Shown here: positions 1 through 13,149 of the stretch, piece after piece | How the letters are laid out: each line of letters opens with the position of its first letter | Position numbering within the stretch: position 1 is the first letter of the stretch | Assembly: GCF_006345805.1 (NCBI RefSeq) | Contig: NC_043019.1 | Coordinates: forward strand, 24,303,360 to 24,367,359 | Source of the DNA: Octopus sinensis | Lineage: Eukaryota | DNA: 64,000 bases | Direction: 5' to 3' | The notes under the pieces: model-generated | Database searches by the model: none | What the model was told of the DNA's origin: nothing | The model's input: only the letters and a program-made list of their open reading frames with translations | Translations under genes and position numbers: made by a program

Positions 1-344
1 ATGTAACAGTTTTCCTATGTTTTGAGGGAGCACATTAAAAATCGGTGCTGCTAACACCTATGCTTTCACGGTAAAACTAACTGATTAAGTGGTAACAAAA
101 CAAAAAGTGAGAGGACTTGCCTTTCTTCGCACTCCTGCTCATGCATGTACGATTCTTGCAGGGTTCTGTTTGGTTATAACAATTAATGACTGACGAGATC
201 GGCATTGATTTTCTAGGTCGTTCAGTTTTTTTCAGTTGATCAATGGGCCAATAGAGTAAACCTATCAATAACGAACCTATAATGACGACTGGAAACAGCA
301 ATAAGCTGACAAAAAATGTAATGACTGTTATTTAAGTCTCGCCT

Positions 345-376
<32 letters not shown>

Positions 377-860
377 TGTATGTATGTATGTATGTGTGTG
401 TGCGTGTGCGTGTGTGTGTGTGAGTGTGTGTGATTTATACTGCGTGGATACTACTGCCCCACGTAGCCACGACAGACAGGAAGGTTGCGGCCGAAGCCGA
501 AACTTTGAGTCTACGGAACACAGAGACAATATATATCACAATAATATATATCACAATATATATCACAATAAGATGTCAAAATACAGGGAAATGGTTACAG
601 AACTAAATAGCTGCGAACTTGGAGAGCTATGTTGCGTGGAAACAATTATAGTGATTATAAATAAATGTTCCTCTGTCTGTACTCTTTCTTGTTGGCTTAT
701 TCAACTTATTCAATTACATATACGAACCCAAAGATCCACACGTAAACATACATACATATATACACACACACTTTTATAAGTGCACACACATATATACATA
801 TGTATGTATGTATGTACGTATATATGTAAATGTATATATGTAAATGTACATATATGCGTG

Positions 861-924
<64 letters not shown>

Positions 925-964
925 TTATGTATGTATGCATGTATGTATATATATATATATACGT

Positions 965-1041
<77 letters not shown>

Positions 1042-1374
1042 TATATAATTGATAATATCAAGGGTAATAAGAAATATTAGAAATTTCTACTACCAGTGCC
1101 CTAGCGTGTAAAGATTTAGTCAATAGACTATATATTATTCATATAAATACAGTGTACGTTTAAACACATAAGAGACATCCATCATAGGACTTCTTGCACG
1201 CTAGAAAGTACAGTTAAAATAAGTCTGAAACCATGGTCCAGGAGTTACATGGTAAATGTTTTTATTTTTGATTCACTTCGAAGTTTTATCCCTAATAGTG
1301 GTTTGGAATTTAACTGTACTTTCTGGCGTGCAAGGAGTCCTATAATGGATGCCACTTATGTGTTTAAATGTACA

Positions 1375-1451
<77 letters not shown>

Positions 1452-1454
1452 AAA

Positions 1455-1610
1455 TTTACAGTAAAACAAAAGACGAAGACAAGTGTATGAACACCAAACA
1501 GGTGTATTAGTTTGACACTCGGGAACGTGAGAAAGTCTTTACATTTAGAGCCTATGCTCTTCAATAGAAAGGAATAAGAGAAAATAAACAGAGGAAGAAT
1601 AAAAATTCTT
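1455..1610 (-). mobile_element. Short Penelope-type non-autonomous repeat with decayed hammerhead motif
   Basis: Homologous to 55060-55215. The minus strand at 1536-1572 reads ccttt-ctattgaa-gagc-atag-gctc-taaat-gta-aaga. Confidence 0.55.
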
Positions 1611-1702
1611 GCGGATTTAGCGATCAAGCAGGGTGATATTTATATGTATATGTGTGTGTTTGCGTGTGTGCGTGCGTGTATCTGTGTGAATACGTATGTT
1701 CC

Positions 1703-2510
1703 CTTTCTGAGGTAACTCAAATCCTAAGTGGCATTCTCCAAAGAACTGTGCTGGGGCCATTACTGTTCATAATAGCCGCCTTAGACATGCCCACGGTCAC
1801 TCGGGCAGCCGCTTTCACTAGCTATACCGATGACAGAAAATTATCACAGGAAATACAAAAATCAAAATAACGTAAAAAGCTTACAGCGGACCTGAATTCA
1901 ATATACAAGTGGGCGGAATTAAACAACATGCAGTTGAATGCTGGAAATTTTCAACCACTGCACTATCAACTTACGAATGTACTACAACCTGCATATACAA
2001 GACCCGAAGGCACTGCAATTCCAGAGTCATAGACAGTGAAAAACTTGGTGATAAGTATGGGCAATGATGCATCATTTCATATGCACAGTACCAAGATGAC
2101 AAGAAAGTGCAAACAATTGGCAGGATGGATACTAAAATCCTTTGAGGCAAGAGACCAAACAACTATGTTGGCCCTTTGGATAACCTTTGATTTCAACCAC
2201 CTTGATTAGTGCTCCCAGTTATTGTCACCACATAGTGCCAAACCAACAGCAAAACTTGAATCAGTCGAACGCCACTACATTAAAAGATTGAAACAGTGCA
2301 GCAGATGAGCTACAGAGCGATGCTGGAAAAACTGCAATTTAACTACCTGGAACGAAAGCACGACAGATAAGTAATAATCTACGTATGGAAGACTCTAGAA
2401 GGGCTAGCACCTAATTTCGGCATTGAGTGTTCTACAAATGCCAGAACTGGCCGCCATTGCATTGTACCAAAGGTACTATCCACTCCATCTAAATTTAAGA
2501 CCAGGTACTG
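1703..2510 (+). mobile_element. CR1-like LINE, decayed RT and C-terminal fragment
   Basis: SGILQRTVLGPLLFII resembles SGVPQGTVLGPLLF and SYTDD resembles YADD. The downstream sequence is homologous to the C-terminal regions at 38400-38880 and 59929-60492. Multiple stops and frameshifts. Confidence 0.85.
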
Positions 2511-5089
2511 GGTGTGGCGAATATCTAAATCACCTCGGTAATGTACTATCAACTCACCGCCCTATCTTGTTCTAAGAATAATCTGGCCAGGCTGTAGCGC
2601 ATGCTTTTCCGTTTCTTATGGAAGGAAACGGTTCCATAAATCAGGAAATTCAGTGATCTCATTCTATGATGGACTGCGAATATCGTCGCTGATGAGGTAC
2701 AGGCTTGCAATGAGGCTGACAGTGATGCAGAACATATAGTAAAATGAATGCACCACCTTCTAAAGCCATAAGGGAGCGGAAGACAAAAGGATGTTTCATC
2801 TTCTGCACCCTTCTGGCTATGGTAATATAAATTGTGGGATGGACTCATCTAAAATGTTTGAAGGCAGGCATTATCGTCTCGGGACAAGCTTTTTGTTCAT
2901 TTGTTCTTTTTGTTCATTTGTTTTTCGTCATTTTTATTCTCCTCAATATGTCGGCTTTTGTAGCCAATAAAAAGTAATTATCATTATTAATGTTGGTTTT
3001 TTGTTCTTATCTATCACCATTTATTCTCGATTATCGAGGCGATTAGACGTATCTTATCTTCGCTCCGAGAATTTTGCTTAGCATTACCAAACAAAAATTC
3101 TATCATTGCAGTACTTATCCAAAGGATTTTAGCGATCTATGCCCGTGCTCCTACTCAGTGAACGGAAGTAGACAAAATATTTTCACTTTACAAACTTTAT
3201 ATTTACTTTCACATTGAGACGACATTGCAATTCTAAAGATCTACTAAGAGAATAACATGGTACGCCATTCACAAAACTTTAATCATACAACAGCACACAG
3301 AACGAAGAAACAAAACAGTACAGAAGCAAATCAATCATATATTGAGCAATTACAAAAATATGATGAGTATTTAAATGAATATATAATAGATAAAGTAATT
3401 ATTTTGAACAGTTTAAGAGAAAATTTGAACGATAGTGGTTACAAAAACAAAACTCACGCACAGATAAATGTGCTAGACTTTACAAATTACGGTAGTGGTG
3501 AATTACTCTTTTTCGCCTATCAATAACAGGAGATTTTTTATAAAACCAGACAGTCTCTTTGTGCCAAAATCCAGTGAAGAGAGAGCAAACAGAAAATAAT
3601 GTTTGTGCTTTAAAAATGAAGGTGCGTGTTTCTACATCCCATCGGCGGAGGAACAAAAAGAATCATGTGAAATATCGGGAGACACTACCTCGATTAAGAA
3701 CCGCAAGGCTTATAATACTCTCTGCTCCATTTTGAAGGCAAAATACTCAGCTATAACATACACATACCTCCGCCATACAAATACTGTAAATGGAGCAGAG
3801 TAAAGCATGGATGATGATCAGTGACTCTAGAAACAATATGGATTCATGGCTGATTGTTATTTTTATGCTAAAGTAACGGTAACTGTTTAATCTCGCACAG
3901 ATGAGAAGTAACTTGTAGTCAGGAGGTATGAATAAAGGTTTGCAAATCCTAATGAACCCCGAACTCTTCAAGGCTATAACAAAGACGTGCTCAGCTGAAG
4001 ATACTGAGTCAAAAGGCATGAGATTAGTTGTTATACATATGATAGTAACTAAATGAGAATCATTTGCTCTAAAGAACAAGAGACGTTAAGAAAAAAGAAG
4101 ATAGAATGTCACAGAAGATCAGCTGATGTAGCAAAAAGATCAGCAGTTTCCAGTTTCACACCAACATCAATCACAACTCCAAAATTGTCAGTCCTGAAAC
4201 AAGCAGGCAGATACTAACTCGCCAACTATAGCAATCATCAACATTACCCCACCATTTTGTGACAAGGATGAGATGACAGCCAAGACTATCGGTGAGAGTG
4301 GGGAGGGAAACAAAAGGCAAAAGGCTTTCTCACAGGAAGTAAACAGAAAATATAAGAATTTCCCAATCAAGGACAAAGTCATCGGTTATGTAGTCGTGTG
4401 AAACAGTAGCTACAGCTGATGGCCACATATTTCCAGGCGAGTTAGACTTTCTATGGGGATTTATCGAGAAAACCAATTTACAAAAGAAGAGATATACAAA
4501 CATACACGAGACCGATTATTGAGAAGTTTTCCTGTTTACTTTCAACATTTAAAACAAAGTATATTCGAGAATATTGGGATTTAAAAAAAAATATGATGCT
4601 GGTACTTTTGACTTCATGTAATGTAGTTAAGAGAGTTGGGGCAAAGCAAAGCTGTTGAGTACTCAACTTGAAACATATTAGTGGTTTCCCACTTAGCTGC
4701 GGGCGGGTAAAACCAAATGCTTTTTTGTTTAAATTGGTATCATTAAAATTTGTTTAATTATTGTTTTTATATACTTACTCTAATTTCGTATTTTATTAAA
4801 TTTATAACCCGTTTATTGTAGAACGTATTCACTCCTTCTCACGTCTTTACATAACTTTGTTTCTTCAGACTCATATATCCCTTCCCGATACGAATTCTAA
4901 CAAGCTTCAGTGGCATGAAAATTGAATTTTTGCATCGAATTTCCTACTGGAAATTTCTATTTCGAAATCTACATCGTACCTATGTATGATAAAAAGGCAC
5001 CAACTTCGAAAGAATACTTTCACCCAAGAGTGCTAGATATGAGCTATTCAGCTAAAAGCACAAAAGTGTGCCAACACACCACCCATCTT

Positions 5090-5606
5090 ATGCCCATAAG
5101 ATGGATGGTAAAGTCGACCCCGGCGGAATTTCAACTCAGAACGTAGCGACGGGCGAAGTACAGCTAAGCATTCCGTCCAGCGTGCTAACGATTCTGCCAG
5201 TTCGCTATCTTTAAATAATAATAATTACTACTATTTCTACTCTAGGCACAAGGCTTTGAAAATTTTAGGGGGAAGTGGGCTACTCGATTACATCAGCCCC
5301 AGTGAGTAACTGGTACTTATTTCATCGACCTCGACGTTGACCTCGGTGGAATTTGAACTCAGAACATAGCGGCAGACTAAATACTGCTGAGCATTTCGCT
5401 CTACGTGCTAACGATTCTGCCACTTCGCTGCCTTAATAATAGTAATTCTTTCTCTTACAGGCGCAAGGCCTGAAATTTGGAGGAGGGGAATAGTCGATTA
5501 CATCGACCCCAGTGTTCAACTAGTAATTACTTCTTAGACCTCGAGAGGGATGAAAGGCAAATTCAACCTCTGAACTCAGAACGTAATAATAATAATAATA
5601 ATAATA

Positions 5607-5654
<48 letters not shown>

Positions 5655-5780
5655 TTTTGCCAGAATGTAGCTTGGGGGAGGTGGGGATGAGTCAATTACA
5701 TCTACCTCAGTGTTCAAGTGGTACTTCATTTATCGACCCCGAAAGGATGACGGTCGAACTCGGTGAAATTTGAACCCAGA
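5090..5780 (-). mobile_element. Head-to-tail cluster of about 4 tRNA-related SINE copies separated by (TAA)n spacers
   Basis: Repeated unit containing gacctcggcggaatttgaactcagaacgt and gctaacgattctgccag. The minus-strand head has a B-box-like gagttcaaattcc. Confidence 0.8.
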
Positions 5781-5799
5781 ATAATAATAATGATGATTT

Positions 5800-6335
5800 T
5801 TTTAAAAAAGAAGGCTTAACAGGACAAATACAATTTGGGGTTACATGAAAGACTTGTAAACAATCAGAAACAATAACATTAATCAAATATATCAACAAAA
5901 TTCCCCAAAAGAGGTAAACCTAGAACTGTTCGTGTAAACTCCACAAGTCCACAACAGTCCTGACCACTAGGGTAAGTGCCCTTTCCGTCTTCTCTATTTG
6001 CAAATACTTAGAGTAAGCCCACTTATTCGGACCATTCTTGCGACATTCGCCCACCTTTTAACAAAATTGATGGGTGGGTGTGGGTGGCAGAACCTCCCTC
6101 TCCACCCTAACTTTCTTTTTCAAATGAAATTTGAAAAAATTGATGAGGGCTTGGACAAAGAGGAAAGTATCTATCTACAGCCCTTTCAACCTGGTCCACC
6201 ACACAAACTGTTTCGCTAAGGCCCCCAGTCAAAGCAAAACAGCCTGCCCTTCCCGGCCATAGCAGGGCGGCGGGATAATCCTCACAATGGACTCAACCGA
6301 TATCCGGATTCGTCCTACACGCAACAACAACTGTT
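5800..6335 (-). mobile_element. 3' fragment of an L1/Tx1-like LINE
   Basis: The minus strand gttgttgcgtgtaggacgaatccggatatc...tttgtgtggtggaccaggttgaa matches 16540-16670 of the Tx1-like copy. Confidence 0.7.
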
Positions 6336-6386
6336 CAACATAAACTCATATGCCAGAAATAATAACTATCATTTTATTAAGTATTC

Positions 6387-6458
<72 letters not shown>

Positions 6459-6459
6459 C

Positions 6460-6610
6460 CTTTCTACTGGAAGCTCAAGGCCTCAAATTTGGGGGAAGAG
6501 AATAAGTCGGTTACATCGGCTCCAGTGCGTAACTGGTATTAATTTTATTGACCCTGAAAGGATAAAAGGCATAGTTGACCTCGACGGAATTTGAACTCAG
6601 AACGTGAAGC
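6460..6610 (-). mobile_element. SINE (same family as 5090-5780) with its tail running into (TAA)n at 6389-6458
   Basis: Contains the family motifs tacatcgg...cagtgcgtaactggta and gacctcgacggaatttgaactcagaacgt. Confidence 0.75.
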
Positions 6611-6650
6611 ATTTATATAATCGCTAAGCATTTATATATATATATAAGTA

Positions 6651-6681
<31 letters not shown>

Positions 6682-7594
6682 TATATGCATATATACATAC
6701 GTATACGTACATATGTACGTGTATACATATATACATATGCATATGTGGGCACAGGACGTTAAAAACATATACAACAACAAAACAAAAACGAAGTACAAGG
6801 ACATGGAAGAAGGGCTTTTTTTGCAAGCAACGAAAGAAACAAATGGAAAACAAGACAAGCAACGCAGTTCGTAGCTGTTTTTCTAATCCGTATTTTGAGC
6901 AATTCACGACAAGCTACGCCTTTGATAAACACAGTTGCTCCCGCAAAGCAAATTAAATAAAATTTACGATCTTGCGGAGGTTCAAGATTGGTGACAAAAA
7001 CAGGACAGTGAAAACAAACAGGAAGGGCTGCTAAGCCGTTTCCAAATTTTTCGACCAGTTGCAATACTGTTAATTCCCCTATCTGATCCTTTAATTCTCT
7101 ATTTTTCTCCGATAATTTTCTCATACGGCAACACACTTTCCCAACTTCGTTCGTGGTCGACTACTTATACAGTCGCACTGTGAAGCACGCATTGTCTTTT
7201 TCACTCCCTCTCTCTTTCTTTCATTTTTTATTATTTTTTCAATTTTTTTGTACCTCACTTATTTTTCTTTACTACATCTTCCCCCTTGCGTAATTTATTC
7301 GGACACATGACATATTCACCTCTGTAGCACTACCATGACTGAAGTCTTGAAACTGAATAACGTCAAGATGATTAAATTCTGGTCAACTTCTACGAAGTCG
7401 GACCATCGGCGATGAAACCGGCAACCCTAACCCCTTCAGGAAGATATTTCTTCTTGCTATTTGACCACTCTGCAGGTGAAAAGTTCTAAGGGTGAATGAA
7501 CTCTGAAAAGTCAGCAGCCTTCCAAATAGCATTTCTTCATAAGTATATACTACTAATAAAGCCAATACTGCTTAGAACAGTCGTAATAATAATA

Positions 7595-7772
7595 ATTTCA
7601 AATTTTGGCACGAGGCCAGCAAATTTAGGGGAAGGGTAAGTCAATTACATCGAACCCCAGTATTCAACTGGATTAAAGACAAAGAGGACCTCGGCGGAAT
7701 TTGAACTTAAAACGTACAGACGGATGAAATGCCGCTTTACATGTTGCCGGGCATGTTAAGCTCACCGTCTTA
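7595..7772 (-). mobile_element. SINE (same family as 5090-5780)
   Basis: Contains gacctcggcggaatttgaacttaaaacgt and tcaattacatcgaaccccagt. Confidence 0.75.
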
Positions 7773-7789
7773 ATAACAGTAATGACAAT

Positions 7790-9680
7790 AATGAATACCC
7801 CTAGAACAAAAATGACGGAAAACATCTTCACTGGGCTTAATCTACTACAAGGGAATAGAATACATTTATCCTTGGTTGGAAATTTCCCACAGATGGCGCC
7901 TCAATAAAAACACTGCTGGTTTTGACACCTCGTCATCACAGTCCTCTTATGAGTGTAATGCCAAATAAAAATTATCACAACTGCGTTCATGAGATCCGAA
8001 CCCTGAGTAAAGGTCTTTAGCAGGGCAAGTCTTCTATTGCACAGCAAGGTGGGCTTAGTCGCTATTCAAATACTGCTAAAGAGATTGGAAGTTGGATTCA
8101 AAACGGCAACAGAAACTGTAATGAAATACTATTACAGAAGCTACCCTACCAAAATAGGGCAGAAGAAAAGAATACATAAAACATAGACAGAGAAGGACAT
8201 GCTCCCTATTAAGGAGCAAATATTTTTTTACCTTTAAAAATCTAACCGGGAAAAGGCAGTGGCTATCCAAGCTGGAGTTGGAGAAGACTGCTACAATAAT
8301 GAAAGAGTGTGAACGTGACTACTCTAGACACAAAGTCCAAGAAGTAGAATAACAATAAAGATTAGTAGAGGAAACAGTAAATCCCCACAAATGGAAAAGC
8401 TGCTCGGACAAAGGCAAATTTTAGTTTGTGAGGGAGAGATTATTACAGCAGAAGAAAAAATCTTGCTACAACGCCTGAATGAGGCATGAAATAGCAAAAG
8501 AAGGAAGCCGCCAGGTGTGGGAGGAATCTAAATAGGAAAAACGAAGTAGTGAAAGATATGAACTGATAACGAAAATCTACAATGAGAATATAACAGATAT
8601 AAACGATCTATATATTGCACAGCTTCTGTCGCTCTGGAAACTCTTTGGGTTAGAAACCAAAGGAAAACAATGGACAATGCCACATACTGCAAACAACTAT
8701 TTGAAAAATCAAGTTGAACATTCCTAGAGAGAACTTGGACGGATACATGCAATCATAGAAAAGATGAGGGTGAAGGAACGAACTATAAAGAAAATACAAC
8801 ATATAGGCGCAGGAGTGGCTGTGTGGTAAGTAGCTTGCTTACCAACCACATTGTTCCGGGTTCAGTCCCACTGCGTGACACCTTGGGCAAGTGTCTTCTA
8901 CTATAGCGTCGGGCCAACCAAAGCCTTGTGAGTAGATTTGGTAGACGGAAACTGAAAGAAGCCCATCGTATATATGTATATGTATGTATATATGTGTGTG
9001 TTTGTGTATCTGTGTTTGTCCCCCCAACATCGCTTGACAACCGATGCTGGTGTGTTTACGTCCCCGTAACGTAGCTGTTCGGCAAAAGAGACCGATAGAA
9101 TAAGTACTAGGCTTACAAAGAATATGTCCTGGGGTCGATTTGCTCAACTAAAGACGGTGCTCCAGCATGGCCGCGATCAAATGCCCGAAACAAGTAAAAG
9201 AGTAAAAAGAATAAAAGAGATAAGACACAAATGACTGCCCTAGTTAAAAACTAAGACAAAAAAAATTAAAGCAGTGTCGAGTAAAAGAAGCAAAGAAAGA
9301 TACCAACAGAGAGAATATACTCTTCAAGAACAACAAAAGAAAAATCCTATAAACCACTGAACAACGAAGAGGAGCACCAGAGGAATGATATGCCATATGC
9401 TGGGCAGAAAGAAAATTCTGAGCAGAAATCTGAATGTGAAAGCAAACTGGGTGCGGGAATTTGAGAGATATGGAAGATAGAGTGACACAAATGTAACATC
9501 TACAGATAAGAAAATAGGAAAAGTGATCAAGAAAATAAAAAAACTGGGAAACCTCCGGACCAGATGAAGTCTGGGGTTTCTGGCTCCTAAACCTCTATAA
9601 TATAGACAGCTATACACGACCGTTCTTCACTGATTGTAAAGAAATGGAAAGCCAACATGGATGACAAAAGAGAGAAGTGA
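7790..9680 (+). mobile_element. Decayed 5'/pre-RT fragment of an R4/Dong-like non-LTR element, interrupted by a SINE
   Basis: 9520-9600 translates with frameshifts to KVIKKIK-NW-KPPGPDEVWGFWLLNL, resembling the R4-clade NWKxPGPDxVxGFW motif also seen near 19340-19390 on the minus strand. Confidence 0.55.
8806..9220 (+). mobile_element. Full-length tRNA-derived SINE with internal (TA/TG) microsatellite and CR1-like 3' tail
   Basis: Head ggcgcaggagtggctgtgtggtaag with B-box ggttcagtccc, central caccttgggcaagtgtcttctactatag, and tail ggtgctccagcatggccgc...gaaacaagtaaaag. Near-identical to 20836-21350. Confidence 0.9.
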
Positions 9681-9760
9681 GTGTAGTCATGATGGATATA
9701 TTGGGCCTTGTATATTTGTACCCCAGTGTCACTTTGATAGCATGCGCCACTCTCTCATTC

Positions 9761-9793
<33 letters not shown>

Positions 9794-9819
9794 TAATAAT
9801 AATAATAATAATAATATTT

Positions 9820-10005
9820 TAAAAATTTGGGACAGAACTTGCAATTTCGATCCTAGTGCTCAACAAGTACTTATTTTATCGACCCTGTAGAATGAAATGT
9901 AAAGCCAACCTCGGCAAAATTTGAATTCAGAATTTAAAGACGGGAAAATACTGCTAAACATTTTGTTCGGTATCCTAACAATTCTGCCAGCTCACTGTTT
10001 TAATA
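9820..10005 (-). mobile_element. SINE (same family as 5090-5780) with its tail in (TAA)n at 9761-9817
   Basis: Contains tatcgaccctgtagaatgaaatgtaaagccaacctcggcaaaatttgaattcagaa and ttctgccagctc. Confidence 0.75.
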
Positions 10006-10009
10006 ATAA

Positions 10010-12430
10010 GATGAAGGCGCGTCTTTCTCGGCGAGTCAATCATTCAGAGAGCAGATTAACAAGGTAGTCCATTGGAAGTTGTCGGGTGCAATCGTCAACA
10101 ACCGATGGTGGATAGCCTTTAAAAGGGATATTAGAGTAGAGGGTATAGGGTTTAGTAAAGAAGTAGAGTTAGAGGAATCCAATATAGAGGAAGTGCTTAG
10201 AAGACGCATAGCGACCGACATGCTGGCCGCAAGCTTGATTCTTTATCAATACTTCAATACCAAGCACAAAGTTTCGTTTGTTAGAGCTAGAGCGCTTGCT
10301 CTAAGACACAAGTGGATGAAAACCGTTAAATGGGTCCGCTTGGCAGAGGTGCAACGTGGCAAAAACGTCATAATTCGGTCTTTTACAGGCTGGAACGGGC
10401 ACATGCTTCTCGAGTCCAAGCAGATGTTTGCGGAATTTCAGTAGCACTTTGCTGAACTATTCGGAGTGCGCAATGGGTCGGGAGTGGATTTCACCTCCTA
10501 TCTTAACGGCATTCCGTGTCTTTTGGGCAGGAAAACAGAATTCTAAGAATTGTCAAAAAACAGCCGAAGGCGTACGAGAAGCCATGACTATCTGAACAAA
10601 GAAGAAATCTCCGGGGCTGAATGGTATACCCTTCGAGAATTATTTTCATGTCAGATTTCTTTGTTGATTTCTTACCGCAACAAGCAACAGAACAGCAAAA
10701 ATTCTATTACCGTCAGTCGTGGCATGCTGGTGCTGCTGAGAAAGGTCCCGAACAAGGGGTATTTAATAGACAATTTTACGCCTGTAATGTGTTATCAATA
10801 GGTTGGTGCTTGTCGTCAACAAGCTGGTTGAGGACACACAGACATGCGCGCGTATTACATCATAGAGAGGATGGGTGAGAACCCGGGATGGGCGGGCCCG
10901 GGTTAATTTGGAGCTATCAAAAGGTTTTGATTGGGTCGACCACCAATACGGGGAGGCTATTCTCGTGGTGGCCGGTTTCAGGTCCCATTTTAAGAGTCTG
11001 GATCCTTGCAATGCACAGTGACATCTGTTTGGTGGTCAAAGTAAATTGCCACCTCTCGGAATTCTTTAGCATCACACAATCGGTCCATATTGAGTCTTCG
11101 CAATGGAAACTGAATGTGAACTAGGAAGCGGAGGGTTCGTATCAGCTTATGCAGGCATCGTCGCCGTAATAGTGTCGGACATATCGGAAATCGTGGTGAT
11201 GGACACTGCTCTGAAGGAGTATGAAACGGTGACAGGAGCAGAGATTAACCAAGAGAAGTCGATGGACCTGCAGCTAGGTACCTGGAGTGGCATGTCCATG
11301 TCGTCTGACAGTTTCGTAGGGCACTGGAAACAAAGACCGGTTAAACTGCTCGGTTTGTGGTGGGGACCTGGCCTCCAGGCGGACTAGAACTGACGAGAGG
11401 TGACGAGTAGCTTGGGCAGTCTAACCAGAAATGGTCAGAGAGGAAGCTGAAGGGATGGGTGGAAGTGGCGAATGCGTACATCGCTTCTGTTCACTACTAC
11501 AGCCTGAACGTCATCCCTTGCCCTGCTTCGTGGCTGATCAAGCTGCAGTGCTTGCTCTTCTGATTTCTGTGGAAGGGGCGTGTTTCTCTCACAAAACGGA
11601 CCATCTGCTGTTAGCAGCCCCTGAGTGGAGGACTGGCCATGCTGTGGCCAATGATGCACAGGCATGCACTGGTACTGAGACATCTCCAGGGTTTGCTTGA
11701 TGGTGAACAGGTGTCGCCGCCGTTTGTCAGAAAGGATTTTCTGCAGCTTGTCTAATTAATTGAGCTACAGTCCTGAATCGAGCGTAGACCGAGAAAAGTA
11801 GTTTGGATCAAGGAGTATCTGCAAGTGCTCACAGCTCCCGGCCAATCAGGTAATGCGGTCTATGGAAGTTCTACATTGGCGTTTGCCAGAGGACTTTCGA
11901 GCCGGGCTAATTGGATAATTTACAGAAATCCTTGGCCTGGCAGTGTTCCCGGGTTCGAACATGCTCTGTAGGCACGGAAGTGTTGCTGTCGGATGGAATT
12001 TTCCGACATTTGCGCAGGGCGACGAAACGTTCTGCATACACTCTTATGCTTTTAGTCTAGTTTCTGTCTACGCGGGAAAGGTAGTCGGGTTTCTTCAGAC
12101 GTGTGAAGGGTTTCCTTCGGACGTCTTCACTCTTGCTAGTAGTGGGTGGTCAGCACGCCATCTTGGATGTACACCTGGACTGTGTAGGATTAGCCAGTTG
12201 AAGAGGATGTATAAAAGCATCACAAACCTGCTGAGTCGCTTCCAAATGCGTGAATGTGGACATGGGCAAACAACATCGAGCTATCCAGTCGTATCTTGAT
12301 AGAGTATTCTGTAAGCCAGTAGATAGAAATAGCATAAGTTGTCCACAATTCGGTGTCGTCAGTTACACAACCCACAAATCTGTAATCTACGCGGTCGACC
12401 AAAATAGGATCCATAGGCAGAGTCTCTGAT
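10010..12430 (+). mobile_element. Decayed L1/Tx1-like LINE ORF2 (linker, RT and C-terminus), copy A
   Basis: Contains KxPGxxG-type, KAFDxVDH-like (aaaggttttgattgggtcgaccacc), VSAYA and LKEYETVTGAEINQEKS motifs, broken by frameshifts. Confidence 0.8.
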
Positions 12431-13110
12431 ACTGAAAGTTTAACGCGGCTATCCTGGCGAGTCAAGCTTTCAGAGACCGGATTAGTAAGTATTTCCAGCA
12501 GAGGTTTTCGGGTGCAATCGTCAACAACCGATAGTAGATAGCCCTGCAACGGACTATTAAAGTAGAGGCGCCAGGATGTAGTCAGGAAATAACCATAGAG
12601 TAGCGGGAGGCCTCTACTAGGAAGTTAGAAGAGTCACCTAGAAAAAGGCATGGCGATGACCGACGTGTTGGCGGTGAGATTGACTCTTGATTAATTCTTC
12701 AGTACCAAGAGAGGAGAGAATAATGGGTGGCAAAGATGTAACATGGCAAGTAAGTCACAATGCTGTCTTTGACGGGCCTGGATGGACTCTTGCCACTCGA
12801 GTCCAAGCAGATATGTGCAGAATTTCAGAGGCACTTTGCTGACCTGTATGATAATAGCAGTGGATCGGAGACGGAATGGATTTTACCTTCTACCTCGGTA
12901 GAGTTCTGAGAAGTGCTGATAACAGACGAAAAGATACGTAACGCGATGACAAGCTGCTCAACAGAGAAGTCTCGGGGTTTGGATGTTCTGCTCTTCAAGC
13001 TTTATCTTCATAAGCCAGACTTGTTCGTGATCTCTTGTCAGATGTCTACCGCAACTGGCAGTGGAACAGAATTCCCAACCCCATGAGCCGAGGTGTATCA
13101 GTGCTGCCGA
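12430..13110 (+). mobile_element. Second L1/Tx1-like ORF2 fragment (linker to RT start), copy B
   Basis: Repeats the 10060-10750 sequence in diverged form (gggtgcaatcgtcaacaaccgat...gatagcc and ctcgagtccaagcagat). Confidence 0.75.
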
Positions 13111-13149
13111 GGTGTGTCATAACTCTGCTACACCCTCATTATTCTTTCA

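Noticed and set aside
344-1080. Many ORFs of YI/CV/HT/MYVC or homopolymer type here and throughout the window (for example 27629-27946, 35460-35870, 48582-49283)
   Set aside because: They are translations of (TA)n, (TG)n, (TATG)n and (ATT)n microsatellites that lack stop codons; no coding signal.
3130-4450. Purine-rich stretch with ORF fragments that might be a LINE ORF1 (PHD/CCCH) remnant
   Set aside because: No motif clear enough to assign; needs a profile search.
6860-7200. Minus-strand coiled-coil-like ORF (RKLSEKNRELKDQIGEL)
   Set aside because: Possibly a LINE ORF1 5' remnant, but it cannot be supported.
8806-8880. tRNA-like A/B boxes here and at 20836, 37716, 46380-46455 and 57415
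   Set aside because: They are SINE heads continuing into repeat bodies; no complete cloverleaf was seen, so they were not called as tRNA genes.
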